DNA of 64,000 bases from contig CP166615.1 of the NCBI GenBank assembly GCA_041937175.2, forward strand, positions 3,552,001 through 3,616,000. Direction: 5' to 3'. Position 1 is the stretch's first letter. Every line of letters begins with the position of its first letter. A model generated the notes under the pieces. The model made no database searches and had not been told where the DNA came from. It saw nothing but the letters and a program-made list of their open reading frames with translations. Position numbers and translations under genes: made by a program. Positions 29,296 to 39,697 of this stretch are shown in pieces. This DNA is from Limnothrix sp. BL-A-16 (GTDB lineage Bacteria; Cyanobacteriota; Cyanobacteriia; CACIAM-69d).

Positions 29296-29853
29296 TCAGT
29301 AGAACACGAGATGTCGAAAAACTGAAGCGATCGTGGCGGCGGCGCAGGCGGCCACCAGTTGCCCCGGCAAGGCCGCTTGGGAGTACGTGGTGGCGATCGC
29401 CTCAAATTCGTTGGCTCGCAGGGCCATGGCATACACCAGCCCCACCCCATGGAGCACCGCCAGCCCGATCGCACAACCGATCGCCAACTGCTCCACCTTG
29501 GGCGGCCCCAAAAAGGCCCAGCGCCCGCAGAGCCACCCGGCTGGCACAAAGCCCAAGAGATAGCCAAAGCTGGGTTCTTGGATATATTGCCAACCGCCGC
29601 CCCCTTCAAAGATGGGCAACCCCGCCAAACCCAACAACAGGTAGGCAATCTGCGAGAGGGCCGCCGCCGTCCCCCCACCCAAGCAGGCCACCAGCAACAG
29701 TGCCGCCACTTGGTAGCGCGTGCCCAAAGACACCACCCGCACCCCCTCCTGGAGCCAATCCCAAGGGGCCGTGGGCACAAAAACTTCCACAAAGGAGGCG
29801 GCGATCGAGAGTAAGACCCCGATGGCCGCCCAAAGCAAGGTTTCTAGGCGCAT
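29296..29853 (-). CDS. bioY: Biotin transporter BioY
   Basis: AYLLLGLAGLPIF, GG, PSFGYLLGF; lies between bioB and lspA. Confidence 0.9.
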   Translation of the reverse strand: MRLETLLWAAIGVLLSIAASFVEVFVPTAPWDWLQEGVRVVSLGTRYQVAALLLVACLGGGTAAALSQIAYLLLGLAGLPIFEGGGGWQYIQEPSFGYLLGFVPAGWLCGRWAFLGPPKVEQLAIGCAIGLAVLHGVGLVYAMALRANEFEAIATTYSQAALPGQLVAACAAATIASVFRHLVFY

Positions 29854-29959
29854 GACGATCGCCCCATTAACGCCCCATGAATGCCCAAGGGAGCGCAACC
29901 GCCGGGGTCACCCCCCGAGCGATCGCACGCCCGATCGTTCACTTAACCCGATCGCCCAT

Positions 29960-31075
29960 TTAAATCGTTGCGGCCGTTGCGCCGACGACGGGCGCTTCGC
30001 CACCCACCAGGCCCAATTCCGCCAACATTTCATGATCCTTCTCGGGCGGTTGCCCCATGGTGGTCAGGTAATGGCCAATCAGCATGGCGTTCAATCCTGC
30101 TTTCAGTCCCAGGGCTTGCAGCTCACCCATCACCACTTCTCGGCCGCCCGCATAACGCAGGATTCGATCGGGCAAAATCATCCGGAAAATGGCGATTGCC
30201 TTGGCCGCTTCATAGGGATCCAGCTTGGGGCGATCGCCCATCGGCGTACCAGCCCGGGGGTTCAACAGGTTCAGCGGAATTGATTCCACCTCCAAATCCC
30301 GCAGCGCCAGGGCCAAGTCCACCCGGTCTTCCCAAGTTTCGCCCATGCCCAAAATGCCCCCAGTGCAGGCCTGGATGCCCGCCGCCTTCAGGGTTTTGAT
30401 GGTGGCAACGCGGTCTTGCCAGCTATGGGTGGTGGCCACGTTCGGGAAAAAGGCCTCCGACGCTTCCAGGTTGTGGTTATAGCGCGTCACGCCCGCTTCC
30501 TTGAGGGCTTGGGCCTGATCCGCATTCACTTCACCCAAGGCGCAGCAGGGCTTGATGTTGGTTTCGGCAATGATTTGCCGCACCGTTTCCAGAATTTGTT
30601 CAAATTCGCTTTCTTGGCGACCACCGTACTTGGGGCCGCGCCCTTGGCTCACCAGACAAAAGCGCTTGGCTCCGGCGGCTTCGGCGGCCTTGGCTTGGGC
30701 CAAAATTTCTTCGGGAGTCCGCAAACCATAGATCGGGGAATCCTGACCGGGGTGGTGAGCCGACTGGGCACAGAAGGAGCAATTTTCCGAGCAGGAGCCG
30801 GATTTCACGTTGCCGATGCTGCACAGGTCAACCACGTTGCCGCAACGGGCTTGGCGCACGCGATCGGCGGCGGCGCAAAGGGCCAAAATATCTGCCTGAT
30901 CATCAATTTGGGTCAGGATCAGGGCCGTGGCTCGCTCGATCGCCTCGCCGGCAATGACTCGATCGGCCAATTGATCTAACCACTGGCCGAGCGCCGCACC
31001 CGTGAGACCCTCAGACGCAGCAGACGGCTGCCAAGGGGTGGCCGATCGAACCGAAGACGGAAGCGCTTGAACCAC
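29960..31075 (-). CDS. bioB: Biotin synthase
   Basis: CSENCSFC radical-SAM motif, YNHNLE, GGILGMGE, RYAGGRE; GTG start after GGAGGAG. Confidence 0.96.
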   Translation of the reverse strand: MVQALPSSVRSATPWQPSAASEGLTGAALGQWLDQLADRVIAGEAIERATALILTQIDDQADILALCAAADRVRQARCGNVVDLCSIGNVKSGSCSENCSFCAQSAHHPGQDSPIYGLRTPEEILAQAKAAEAAGAKRFCLVSQGRGPKYGGRQESEFEQILETVRQIIAETNIKPCCALGEVNADQAQALKEAGVTRYNHNLEASEAFFPNVATTHSWQDRVATIKTLKAAGIQACTGGILGMGETWEDRVDLALALRDLEVESIPLNLLNPRAGTPMGDRPKLDPYEAAKAIAIFRMILPDRILRYAGGREVVMGELQALGLKAGLNAMLIGHYLTTMGQPPEKDHEMLAELGLVGGEAPVVGATAATI

Positions 31076-31425
31076 GGCTGACTCCTCCAACAAAGAAACC
31101 CAAAGAATTCCCAACGGCCCCATCCACCACCAGATCCATTTCGCCAGATCCATATTCGGAGTCGGTCATCAGCACAGGACGGCCGATGCCCTTCCCGAGT
31201 GGCGGAAAACAGGCCAGGGGTGACTCCAAATTGTACACGGTTGATTCGCTGCCCACCCTTGGCCCTCCGGGGCGATCGCCTCGATGGGGCGATCGGGCTG
31301 GCCATCCAGCACGGTAGGATAGGGCTTAGTTTGTCAAGCGCTCGGTCTGTGGCAATGGCTACCATCGATTCAGCCCGTGGCTCAAAGTCTTGGCATTAAA
31401 AGCACTAGCAGGTTTTTAACGTTTT

Positions 31426-31830
31426 ATGAAGCGATTTCTCTCTGGGCTACTGGCGCTGGTGATGGTGGTGTCGATCGGCCTGACGGGCTGTGCGGCGGGT
31501 GACTCGGCTAACGGCATCAGCGGCAACTACCAAGCTGATACCCTCGCCTTGGTCGGCAGCCTGCGGAACGCCATCACCCTGGCCGATAGCGATCCCGCAA
31601 AACGAGCAGCTCAAGCCGATGCTCGCGCCAAAATCAATTCCTATGCCTCCCACTACCGCCGGGATACCCGCGTGGCTGGGCTAAATTCCTACACCACCAT
31701 GCGCACGGCCTTGAATTCACTGGCTGCCCACTATTCGGCCTATCCCAACCGCCCCGTGCCTGAAAAGTTGCAAAAGCGTTTGGAAACTGAGTTCCGGCAG
31801 GTGGAAGCGGCCCTGAATCGAGGCGCTTAG
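31426..31830 (+). CDS. psb27: Photosystem II assembly lipoprotein Psb27
   Basis: Lipobox LTGC, GNYQADTL, SYTTMRTALNSLAAHY, RPVPEKL. Confidence 0.95.
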   Translation: MKRFLSGLLALVMVVSIGLTGCAAGDSANGISGNYQADTLALVGSLRNAITLADSDPAKRAAQADARAKINSYASHYRRDTRVAGLNSYTTMRTALNSLAAHYSAYPNRPVPEKLQKRLETEFRQVEAALNRGA

Positions 31831-31860
31831 GGAAGTTTCGATACACTCAATACACTGAGC

Positions 31861-31887
31861 ATGGGGCGGTTCGATCGCCCCATTTTT
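31861..31887 (+). terminator. Terminator after psb27
   Basis: ATGGGGCGG-TTCG-ATCGCCCCAT followed by T-run. Confidence 0.65.
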
Positions 31888-31976
31888 ATCGCCTTCGTTG
31901 ACCTAGCTCAATTAAATTCCCCCTAGTGTCACCCTTGGGGGGGTAGGAAGCCCGCCCTTGGTCGTGGGAGCTGAGA

Positions 31977-33554
31977 ATGCTGGAAGTTGAAGTCCACCAA
32001 CAGTTACGCGCGTTTTTGCGGGCCTGTGGCGATCGCCCCTGGCTGCATCACCTGACCTTGGCGCGGTTGGTGGCGCGGGTCTTGCGATCGGGCCGCAGTT
32101 CCCTGATCCAAGGGGGCACGGCCGTGGCCGCCGGCCGCCATCGCCTCAGTTATCTGGCTCCGGCCCTGCTCTGCGAGCAGGCGGTGGTGTTGGTGGTTCC
32201 CCCGGCGGTGCAACAGCGGCTTTTAGAGGTGGACTTGGCTCGGTTGCGGCTGTGGCTGGCCCAGAGCGATCGCCCCTTGCCGCCGGTGCATTGCCTGGTT
32301 GATCAGCCCCCGGAAGCCGCGCAGTCCCTGGCCGCAAGCCTGCGGGCCGATCAACCGGGCCTCTGGATTTTGTCCCCCACCCAATGGCTGGCCGATCGCC
32401 TGGAACTGTCGGGCCAGCGATCGCGCTTGGCCGGCCTGCCCACTCTGATTGATGGGGCCGATGATCTGGAGCGCTGGACCCAGGAAACCCTGCGATTGGC
32501 CATTAGCCCGGCCGATTGGCATCGGTGGCGTTTGGCCTGTCCCGATCGCGCCCAGGTGATCCATGACCTGGAAGTGGCGATCGCCCATGGACTGCTGCAA
32601 CATCCCCCCAATCCCTACGGCGCTTGGCTGTTGGATGAACCGGAAGCGGCGACCTTGCTGCAAACCTTGCGATTATTGGCGGCCCAACTGCCGCCCCTGT
32701 GGCGAACGTTGCTGCACCGGGCCGGAGACCAGCAATGGCCGATCCTGGCCCAGCCCGATCGACAAACGGGGCAATTTCACCTGCAATGCCAACCGATCGA
32801 TGTGGCCGAAATTTTGCGCCCCCTCTGGCAAGCCCAGCCGATCGCCCTGATTGGCAGCTTCCTGGACTTGGAAGTGGAGGCTCCCTTGTATCAAGCGCGG
32901 TTGGGGCTGGATAACGGCGATGAACAGCGGCTGACCTGCTTGAAATTCACGCCCGATCGACATCAAGAGGCGATCAGTTTCTACTTACCCGAACAGTTGC
33001 CCCTGCCCAACACCCCACAATTCCAAGCGGCCCTCATGCAACAGCTCTATGCCCTGTTGGCTTGGCAGGGGCCCACCGGCTTCACCGTGGTGTTAGTGGG
33101 AGATGTGCCCCTCAAGGGCCGGCTGGCGGCTCAACTGGCGGCGGAATTTGGCTCCCGTGTCCAACTGGAACGCACCGCCCCCGATGACAACGGCATTTTG
33201 GTCACCGGGTGGGACTTTTGGCGCAACCACAGCGATCGGCTGCCCGCTCCCCACCTGCTGGTGATTGCGGCCTTGCCCATTCCCTCCCTTGAAGATCCCC
33301 TGGTGGCCGCCCGGGTCAGCGCCTACAAGCGCCAGCGGCGGGACTGGTTCCGCTGGTATTTGTTGCCCTCGGCCCTTAGTGATCTGCAACGGTCGATCGC
33401 GCCGTTGCGGGAGCGATCGACCCCTGATCCCAATGCGCCCCCGCTGTTGGCCCTGCTGGACACCCGGGTGGTGCGCCGCAGCTATGGCTCCCAGGTGCTG
33501 GCGGCCTTGGATCCCGTGGAGCGGATAAACGACCTCGAACCCCGTTGGCTTTAA
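31977..33554 (+). CDS. Cyanobacterial DinG-like helicase C-terminal-domain protein
   Basis: MLEVEVHQQLRAFL, HHLTLARLVAR, LPIPSLEDPLV, DWFRWYLLP, LDTRV. Confidence 0.75.
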   Translation: MLEVEVHQQLRAFLRACGDRPWLHHLTLARLVARVLRSGRSSLIQGGTAVAAGRHRLSYLAPALLCEQAVVLVVPPAVQQRLLEVDLARLRLWLAQSDRPLPPVHCLVDQPPEAAQSLAASLRADQPGLWILSPTQWLADRLELSGQRSRLAGLPTLIDGADDLERWTQETLRLAISPADWHRWRLACPDRAQVIHDLEVAIAHGLLQHPPNPYGAWLLDEPEAATLLQTLRLLAAQLPPLWRTLLHRAGDQQWPILAQPDRQTGQFHLQCQPIDVAEILRPLWQAQPIALIGSFLDLEVEAPLYQARLGLDNGDEQRLTCLKFTPDRHQEAISFYLPEQLPLPNTPQFQAALMQQLYALLAWQGPTGFTVVLVGDVPLKGRLAAQLAAEFGSRVQLERTAPDDNGILVTGWDFWRNHSDRLPAPHLLVIAALPIPSLEDPLVAARVSAYKRQRRDWFRWYLLPSALSDLQRSIAPLRERSTPDPNAPPLLALLDTRVVRRSYGSQVLAALDPVERINDLEPRWL

Positions 33555-33769
33555 GTTTCCAGGGCAACGCTGACGGGCTAGAAATCTGAATCCAAAGTTG
33601 AAGAATTCTTGCGAAATGTTCGTCCAGGCTCATTTCTCTCGGGGGCGATCGGGCGAATTTTTGATCGCTCTGCTCCCCCATCGAACGGCCAGCCCAACCA
33701 TTTCGCGATCGTTTCAGGGTTAATTAACAGATATCCTTTATCTACAAAAAAACTGGGTGGAGATGAACA

Positions 33770-33985
33770 ATGGGTGAATCCAAACGCCGCAAATCCCTCC
33801 TTGGGGACGACTACGGCAAGGCTCAAGAAACGATTTTGCCCAACGTGCCAATTACCAAACAGCAAGCCGATCGGTTCGTGAAGATCACCAGTCGCGGGGC
33901 TTGGATTGGGATCGGTACGCTGTTGGCCGCTTGGCTCACCATTCGATTTGTGGGGCCGGCCTTTGGCTGGTGGCAGGTTAACTAA
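33770..33985 (+). CDS. DUF2839-family membrane protein
   Basis: MGESKRRK...RGAWIGIG...IRFVGPAFGWWQV. Confidence 0.85.
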   Translation: MGESKRRKSLLGDDYGKAQETILPNVPITKQQADRFVKITSRGAWIGIGTLLAAWLTIRFVGPAFGWWQVN

Positions 33986-34800
33986 AATCAGTGGGGGCGA
34001 TCGCCCCAGAATCGCGTCATCATTGCGCCATTATTGATACCCTTGGAAAATCTTTGGGAAACATCTGCTCTGCTCCATTGGGCAGCCGGCCCCTGTGACC
34101 TGTTGCGATCGAATCCTAAGAATTCTCAACGGTTGTTCCTATCCCCCCGGATCCGAATCAAACCATGGGAAGATCGCAATAGTCCCCATCATGTCGGACT
34201 TTGAGCGCTTCCTTGGCTCAAAATATCTGTGCCAAGATCCGCGCCAATCCGTTGCGAAGAAGCCCTCAGGCAGTTCCGCATCCACTGCCATTCCCCCCTA
34301 ACCTGCCATCCCCATCGTCCATTCCTCGGGGACGGTCAATGTAACAATCCGAACAACGTAGACAAAAGTTTGGATCAGGGTTTTCAGGGGCAATTTCTAA
34401 GGGCCCAAGTTCTAGGATCCTTGGGAATTGATGAGCGTTTCTTCAGTGATTTTTCCGGAAAATCTGCTCAATGCTGATCAAAGTTTGATCCCGAAACCAC
34501 TCGAAGCACTGTGTTCTTTCATACGGACTGGTGACACCGATTAGTGGGATCTTGCCAGCAGTTTACAGGTCACCGATGCCGCCCTTGCACTAGGGATAAC
34601 CATCCCAAGCCAAGCATGGGGCAGACTAGGGCCTTTATCGTCTTCCATTGTTAAGGGGCAGCCCCGGGCGATCGCCCCAAGCATCACATCAATCGAATCA
34701 GCGAAACCAATCAATCCGTTGATTGCTTGCTGAAATTCTTAAGAGACTATAAAAATCGTAATCAGCCTCTACAATGAAACCAGAAGATCGAGGGTAAGCC

Positions 34801-35193
34801 GTGTTTCTCAGACTTGCCGAGCAACATCGCCAGTTTGTCAGGGATCTCGTCATGAGCCTGCAGGCTTTGGCCAATGTTCTAGAACGCCGGGGCTATTTGG
34901 CCTCGTGCTATACCTGTGGCGATCGCATGAACAGCGCATCGTTTATGGTTAGTCTCGGCGATAATCACCTGATCCGGTTCCTGGTGTCCGACTATGGAAT
35001 TACCTGGACGGAGATGCGCGATGATCGCGAACTCATGAAAATTGAAGGGGCTGAGGCGATCGGGCAGCTCCAGGAACTGGCCAAGCTGCTGAAGGTTTCT
35101 GAAAATTCCCCATTGGCCGATCGTTCCGTTCCCCAATCCCCCGTCATGGGCACAACGGCTCCAAACGCTTCAACCCAGATGTTGGTGGGCTAA
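34801..35193 (+). CDS. DUF1815-family protein
   Basis: MFLRLAEQHRQFVRDLVMSLQALA...ASCYTC...IRFLVSDYGITWTE. Confidence 0.85.
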   Translation: MFLRLAEQHRQFVRDLVMSLQALANVLERRGYLASCYTCGDRMNSASFMVSLGDNHLIRFLVSDYGITWTEMRDDRELMKIEGAEAIGQLQELAKLLKVSENSPLADRSVPQSPVMGTTAPNASTQMLVG

Positions 35194-35414
35194 GGTAAAA
35201 CAGCAAACCGCGCTTGGTGGCCCGTACGCTGGGACGCTGCAAACGTTGCACCATGCAAACGTTGCACAATGGATGAGTCCAATTTCCCTCAGCGCGCCAT
35301 CAAGACCGGTGGCCAACCTGCGCGATCGCCCAGTCAGCACGCAGTCATGACTCAGTAATCACTCGGGTCGCTCAAGGTGCAGGTGGCAACTCAGGGGTGG
35401 TTGTGTGTATCGTT

Positions 35415-35450
35415 GGAATCCTCATGCCCCTAAGCTGAGGAGGGTGTCAA
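35415..35450 (+). mobile_element. Orphan IS200/IS605-like right end
   Basis: GGAATCCTCA-TGCCCCTAAGC-TGAGGA-GGGTGTCAA: subterminal hairpin ending in TCAA. Confidence 0.55.
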
Positions 35451-35506
35451 GTGTCTACCTCAACCTCTGCTCTTCGCGGTTGATTGCGTTTTAACATCCT
35501 GCCCCT

Positions 35507-36250
35507 ATGAACCCCCGCGCTGTCGATCCTCGCACTCCCGATCGCCCCCCGATCGATGCTGACGAGCATCGAGAGCAAGCCTATGAGCTGTTTCTAAAGC
35601 TTTACAACAACCATCGCGACTTCTTTGATGAGCTGCTTGATGCGGATCAGCAACAGGTGGGTGAACACCTCCGCAGCAGCCGTTATGTCCAAGGTATGGT
35701 GCGCGGTCAGCAAGCCTATCTGATCTCCAATCTGATTAACGGCAAAAGCCAATCCCTGCTGCAATACCAAATGATTTGGATGATGGGGCGCGATCCCCAA
35801 GCAGCATTGCCGATTCCCGATCAGCGCCTCTCCCGTCGTCATGCGGTGATTCAATATATTCCGCGCCGGGGTTTTTATTTGGTGGATCTGGGCAGCACCA
35901 ACGGCTCTTTCATTAACGGTCGGCTGGTGCGGGGTCGCCACCGGCTGCGGGATGGCGATCGACTGCGGTTGGGGGGCTTTTCGTTTGATTTCTTTATCTG
36001 CTATAGCTCCCAAACGGTGAATTCGGCCCCGGCCGATTTGATTGCCCAACTCCAAGCCATGCCGATTCCAGAGGAAACGGATTCCAGCTTGCGCTACAAG
36101 GATGCGTTATCCGTGCCGCTGGCGGAGAAGTTGGCGGCGGAGGAAACAATGCTGGCCAGTGGCGAAGGGGCCCGCGAGAACGATGCCCCGGTGGACAGTG
36201 AGGATGATTTAGGGCCGCCATTGCCGGATCCCGAGGGATTTGCGTTTTAA
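35507..36250 (+). CDS. FHA-domain protein
   Basis: GRD, LSRRHA, DLGSTNGSFING, LRDGDRLRLG. Confidence 0.92.
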   Translation: MNPRAVDPRTPDRPPIDADEHREQAYELFLKLYNNHRDFFDELLDADQQQVGEHLRSSRYVQGMVRGQQAYLISNLINGKSQSLLQYQMIWMMGRDPQAALPIPDQRLSRRHAVIQYIPRRGFYLVDLGSTNGSFINGRLVRGRHRLRDGDRLRLGGFSFDFFICYSSQTVNSAPADLIAQLQAMPIPEETDSSLRYKDALSVPLAEKLAAEETMLASGEGARENDAPVDSEDDLGPPLPDPEGFAF

Positions 36251-36307
36251 GTTCTTGTTTTCGGTTTTTTCGGCTGGTTGGTTGGATGGGTTGCGGCGGC
36301 CCCAAGG

Positions 36308-37957
36308 CTAGCAACCGCTGGGTTCCATGATTGTCACCAGATCCACGCTGAATTGGGTCTCGAAGATCGGACATTCACAGTCCAAACTCCACCGCTCGAT
36401 CGCGCAGTCATCGTGGCGATCGGCCGGTTCCAACAGCAATCGAAATTCGCGACTGGGGGGACGAAACTGGCATTGCACCCGGCGCACCGCTTGAATTTGA
36501 CGGCGATCGAGGGCGGCGGCCAGGCGCAAAATGGCGCTCAGCTCGTCCACCATTTGCCGATAGCGCTTGCCGGCCAGGGCCTGATAGCCCTCGTGGCGTT
36601 TTTTGGGAGCGCTCTTGCGGTGGTAGCGGGCCAGGTTGGCAATCACTTCAATTTCCGTTTCCGTGTAGCCCAGCAGTTGCCCGTGGCGGATCAGGTAATA
36701 GGCATGTTTGTGGTGGGCATCGTGGCCCACGTGATGGCCGCATTGGTGCAGGATAGCGGCGGCCCACAGCAGCTCGCGGCTATTGTCATCCCAGTTGTGC
36801 AAGAGACCTTGGGTTTGGTCAAACAGGGTGAGGGCCATGGCGGCCACATGCTCGGCGGAAGGTAGGTTCACCTGATATTTTTTGGCCAATGCCAGAACGC
36901 TGCGTTCGCGCACGGAGCTTTGGAACCGCAGGCGATCATCAATCAGTTGGTGCTGCAACATCCAGTCAACGATTACGCCTTCCCGAAGCGATCGCTCGCA
37001 CACCACCAGTCGATCGACCCCCAACAGATCCATGGCCTCTTGCAACACCACGGCTCCGGCCAGGATAATTTCCGCCCGCCGATCGCTCATTTCCGGCAGG
37101 GTCGATCGCTCCTCAATGTCCATGCGGCGCAGGCGATCGACCCATTCTCGCAAGGCCGCCAACGGCAACTCACAGCCCTGCAACGGGGAGGGAACATAGC
37201 CCGTGGTGTCCGCCGCATGGATGGCCGCCAAGCATTCCGCCGTGCCCGACGTGCCCACCAGGGTCAGTTGATCCGCGAGGGGATGTTTGACCAGTTCCCC
37301 ATGCAATTCTTCCACCGCCCGCTCCAACATGCCCCGGGCATAGGCCCGCAGCGCCTCGTAGTCCATGTCCGTGATCGGGTCGGTGCGGACAAATTCCGTG
37401 GTGAGCCGCACGGCCCCCACCTTGGTGCTGCTGAGATAAAGGGGTTCGCGCCCATCCCCCAAAATCAACTCCGTGGAGCCACCGCCAATGTCGATGATGG
37501 CGTGGGGCTTGCCATCCAGTTCCATGGCCGACAACACCCCCAGATAAATGCGGCGGGCTTCTTCGGGCCCGGCGATCGCATTCACCTTCATGCCCACATC
37601 CCGCGCCACCCGTCGCAAAAAGTCCCGACCGTTGGGAGCTTCCCGCACGGCACTGGTGGCCACGGCAATCACTTCATCCACCTGCAAACTCAGGGCCAGG
37701 TCATAGCACCGTTGCAGGGCGGCGATCGCCCGGTTCATGGCCGCCTCTGTCAAGTCACCGGTTTTAGGATCGCGCTCACCTAACCGCACCGTACTTTTCT
37801 CGCGGGAAATGATGTCGAAGGCGGGCAAACTGGGATCCACCCGCACAATCGCCATGTGAATGGAGTTTGTGCCGATGTCGATGGCGGCCACAACGGGGCG
37901 GCTCGATCGAAAAGCGAGCGGGGCAGGCGAAGGAGACAGGGTTTGCATGGTTTGCAT
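36308..37957 (-). CDS. ppx: Ppx/GppA exopolyphosphatase with HD domain
   Basis: AIDIGTNS, ATSAVREAPN, DIGGGSTE, GTSGT, LREG, ARYHRK. Confidence 0.93.
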   Translation of the reverse strand: MQTMQTLSPSPAPLAFRSSRPVVAAIDIGTNSIHMAIVRVDPSLPAFDIISREKSTVRLGERDPKTGDLTEAAMNRAIAALQRCYDLALSLQVDEVIAVATSAVREAPNGRDFLRRVARDVGMKVNAIAGPEEARRIYLGVLSAMELDGKPHAIIDIGGGSTELILGDGREPLYLSSTKVGAVRLTTEFVRTDPITDMDYEALRAYARGMLERAVEELHGELVKHPLADQLTLVGTSGTAECLAAIHAADTTGYVPSPLQGCELPLAALREWVDRLRRMDIEERSTLPEMSDRRAEIILAGAVVLQEAMDLLGVDRLVVCERSLREGVIVDWMLQHQLIDDRLRFQSSVRERSVLALAKKYQVNLPSAEHVAAMALTLFDQTQGLLHNWDDNSRELLWAAAILHQCGHHVGHDAHHKHAYYLIRHGQLLGYTETEIEVIANLARYHRKSAPKKRHEGYQALAGKRYRQMVDELSAILRLAAALDRRQIQAVRRVQCQFRPPSREFRLLLEPADRHDDCAIERWSLDCECPIFETQFSVDLVTIMEPSGC

Positions 37958-38152
37958 GGCGGGTCTAGGCCGATTTTAATACCGCAGTTGATCAGATGCG
38001 CATTCCAGTTCGTGGATTGGCTGAACAGCAGAGAAACTCCGGATTGGGCACTTGATTTTGCGAAGTGTATTGCAACGCTGCTTTACACCCTGCGAGTGCG
38101 TCCGATGCTGTTGTCTACTCTTCGATCGATTACAGCCCATAGCCAATTGTGG

Positions 38153-39685
38153 ATGAATCCGATGATGGATCAGGCGGCGGCCACCCACTCGCAGCCCGAT
38201 CGCGCCATTGTCCTCGGCGGAAGTTTGGCGGGTCTGTTGGCCGCCCGAGTTTTGGCCGACCGCTTCCAAACCGTCTTGGTTTTAGAACGAGATCCCCTGC
38301 CCACCCCCTGGGAACGACCAGAAACCCCGGACGAAACCTGGTGCAATCGTCGCCCTGGCACGCCCCAGGCTGATCACGTACATGTGCTGTTGGCTCGGGG
38401 ACAGCAGATTTTGGAATCGCTCTTTCCTGGATTCGCCAATGATTTGGCCACATCCGGAGCCGTGGAGGTTAACTGGACAGCAGACTGCGCCATGATGGGC
38501 CTCGGCAGTTGGAATCCAAGGGTTTCATCGGATTTGGTGACCCGCACCAGCAGCCGATCGCTCCTGGAAAGCCTGGTGCGGCGACGGTTACAGGCAATTC
38601 CCAACGTGATCTTTATGTCGGGGGTCGCGGTTCAAGGGTTAGTGGTGGCGGGCGATCGGGTCACGGGAGTGCGCCTAGAAGGGAACTCTGCCCAAAACCT
38701 GGTGAGCACCTTGGCCACGGAAACCCTCTTGGGGGCCCAATTGGTGGTGGATGCCATGGGGCGCAATTCCCAAATGCCCCGCTGGCTGCAACAGTTGGGC
38801 TATGGCTCCGTTCCGGAAGTGACGATCGATGCCAAGTTGGGTTACGCCAGCCGTTGGTATCAAATGCCCGCCGACTATTTGGCCCAGGTGGCTCAGGATC
38901 CGGAAAACACCTGGAAATCGATTTTGCTGTGGGCCAAGCCGCCCCACCAGCCCCGCGCCGGGGTGCTCTATCCGGTGGAGGGTAACCGCTGGGTGGTGAC
39001 GGTTTCGGGAACCAATGGCGACTATCCGCCGGCCGATGAGGAAGGGTTTTTGGCCTTTGTCCGCAGCTTGCGGGATCCGGCCATTGCGCGGGCGATCGCC
39101 TCGGCGCAGCCGATTTCAGACATCAAGCTCTATCGGGGCACGGCTAACCGCTGGCGACATTACGAACAGTTGGCCACGTTCCCGATCGGGCTGGCCCTGT
39201 TGGGGGATTCGGTTTGTACCTTCAACCCGCTCTATGGCCAGGGGATGACCGGAGCCGCGATCGGCGCGGTGACCTTGGGTGATTGTCTCGATCGGGCCCA
39301 ATCGGAACTGGGCCTAGATTGGGGACAATTTACCCACCTGTTCCGGCAAGAGTTGGCCCGTGTGATTCAGTTGCCTTGGTTGATGGCCACGGGGGAAGAT
39401 CTGCGTTGGCCCGCCACCGAAGGGCCGCGCCCCGATCGCCCCACACGCTGGATGCAAGCTTATCTGGAGCGAGTCTTGCATCTCACCGATGCCCACAAGG
39501 ACATCCATGAGATCGTCTGGAAAATCCAGCACATGATCCTCTCGCCCCAAGCCCTGTTTCATCCCTCGATCGTGATGCGGGTGGGGGGCGCTTGGATCTA
39601 TCAACGGCTGCTGGCCAATTGGTTTCCCACCTGGGGGCCCGAAAACCTGAACCTCACGCCCTCGTTCTTGGGGGCCCGGCGCTAG
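38153..39685 (+). CDS. FAD-dependent monooxygenase/oxidoreductase
   Basis: AIVLGGSLAGL, PQADHVH, VVDAMGR, LGDSVCTFNPLYGQGMT; start approximate. Confidence 0.88.
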   Translation: MNPMMDQAAATHSQPDRAIVLGGSLAGLLAARVLADRFQTVLVLERDPLPTPWERPETPDETWCNRRPGTPQADHVHVLLARGQQILESLFPGFANDLATSGAVEVNWTADCAMMGLGSWNPRVSSDLVTRTSSRSLLESLVRRRLQAIPNVIFMSGVAVQGLVVAGDRVTGVRLEGNSAQNLVSTLATETLLGAQLVVDAMGRNSQMPRWLQQLGYGSVPEVTIDAKLGYASRWYQMPADYLAQVAQDPENTWKSILLWAKPPHQPRAGVLYPVEGNRWVVTVSGTNGDYPPADEEGFLAFVRSLRDPAIARAIASAQPISDIKLYRGTANRWRHYEQLATFPIGLALLGDSVCTFNPLYGQGMTGAAIGAVTLGDCLDRAQSELGLDWGQFTHLFRQELARVIQLPWLMATGEDLRWPATEGPRPDRPTRWMQAYLERVLHLTDAHKDIHEIVWKIQHMILSPQALFHPSIVMRVGGAWIYQRLLANWFPTWGPENLNLTPSFLGARR

Positions 39686-39697
39686 GGGCCGATTTCC

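Noticed and set aside
28692..29792. 366-aa extended LspA or bioY-lspA fusion
   Set aside because: The extension overlaps bioY in another frame; LspA homology is limited to the last roughly 160-180 aa
26919..29855. Long plus-strand ORFs of 498 and 391 aa
   Set aside because: Antisense to amidase, dsbA, lspA and bioY in GC-rich DNA, with no motifs
31977..33554. Helicase lacking a Walker A motif as a pseudogene
   Set aside because: Frame intact; resembles a widespread degenerate cyanobacterial DinG-like family
34020..34800. ncRNA or riboswitch upstream of DUF1815
   Set aside because: No recognisable family motif or terminator found by eye
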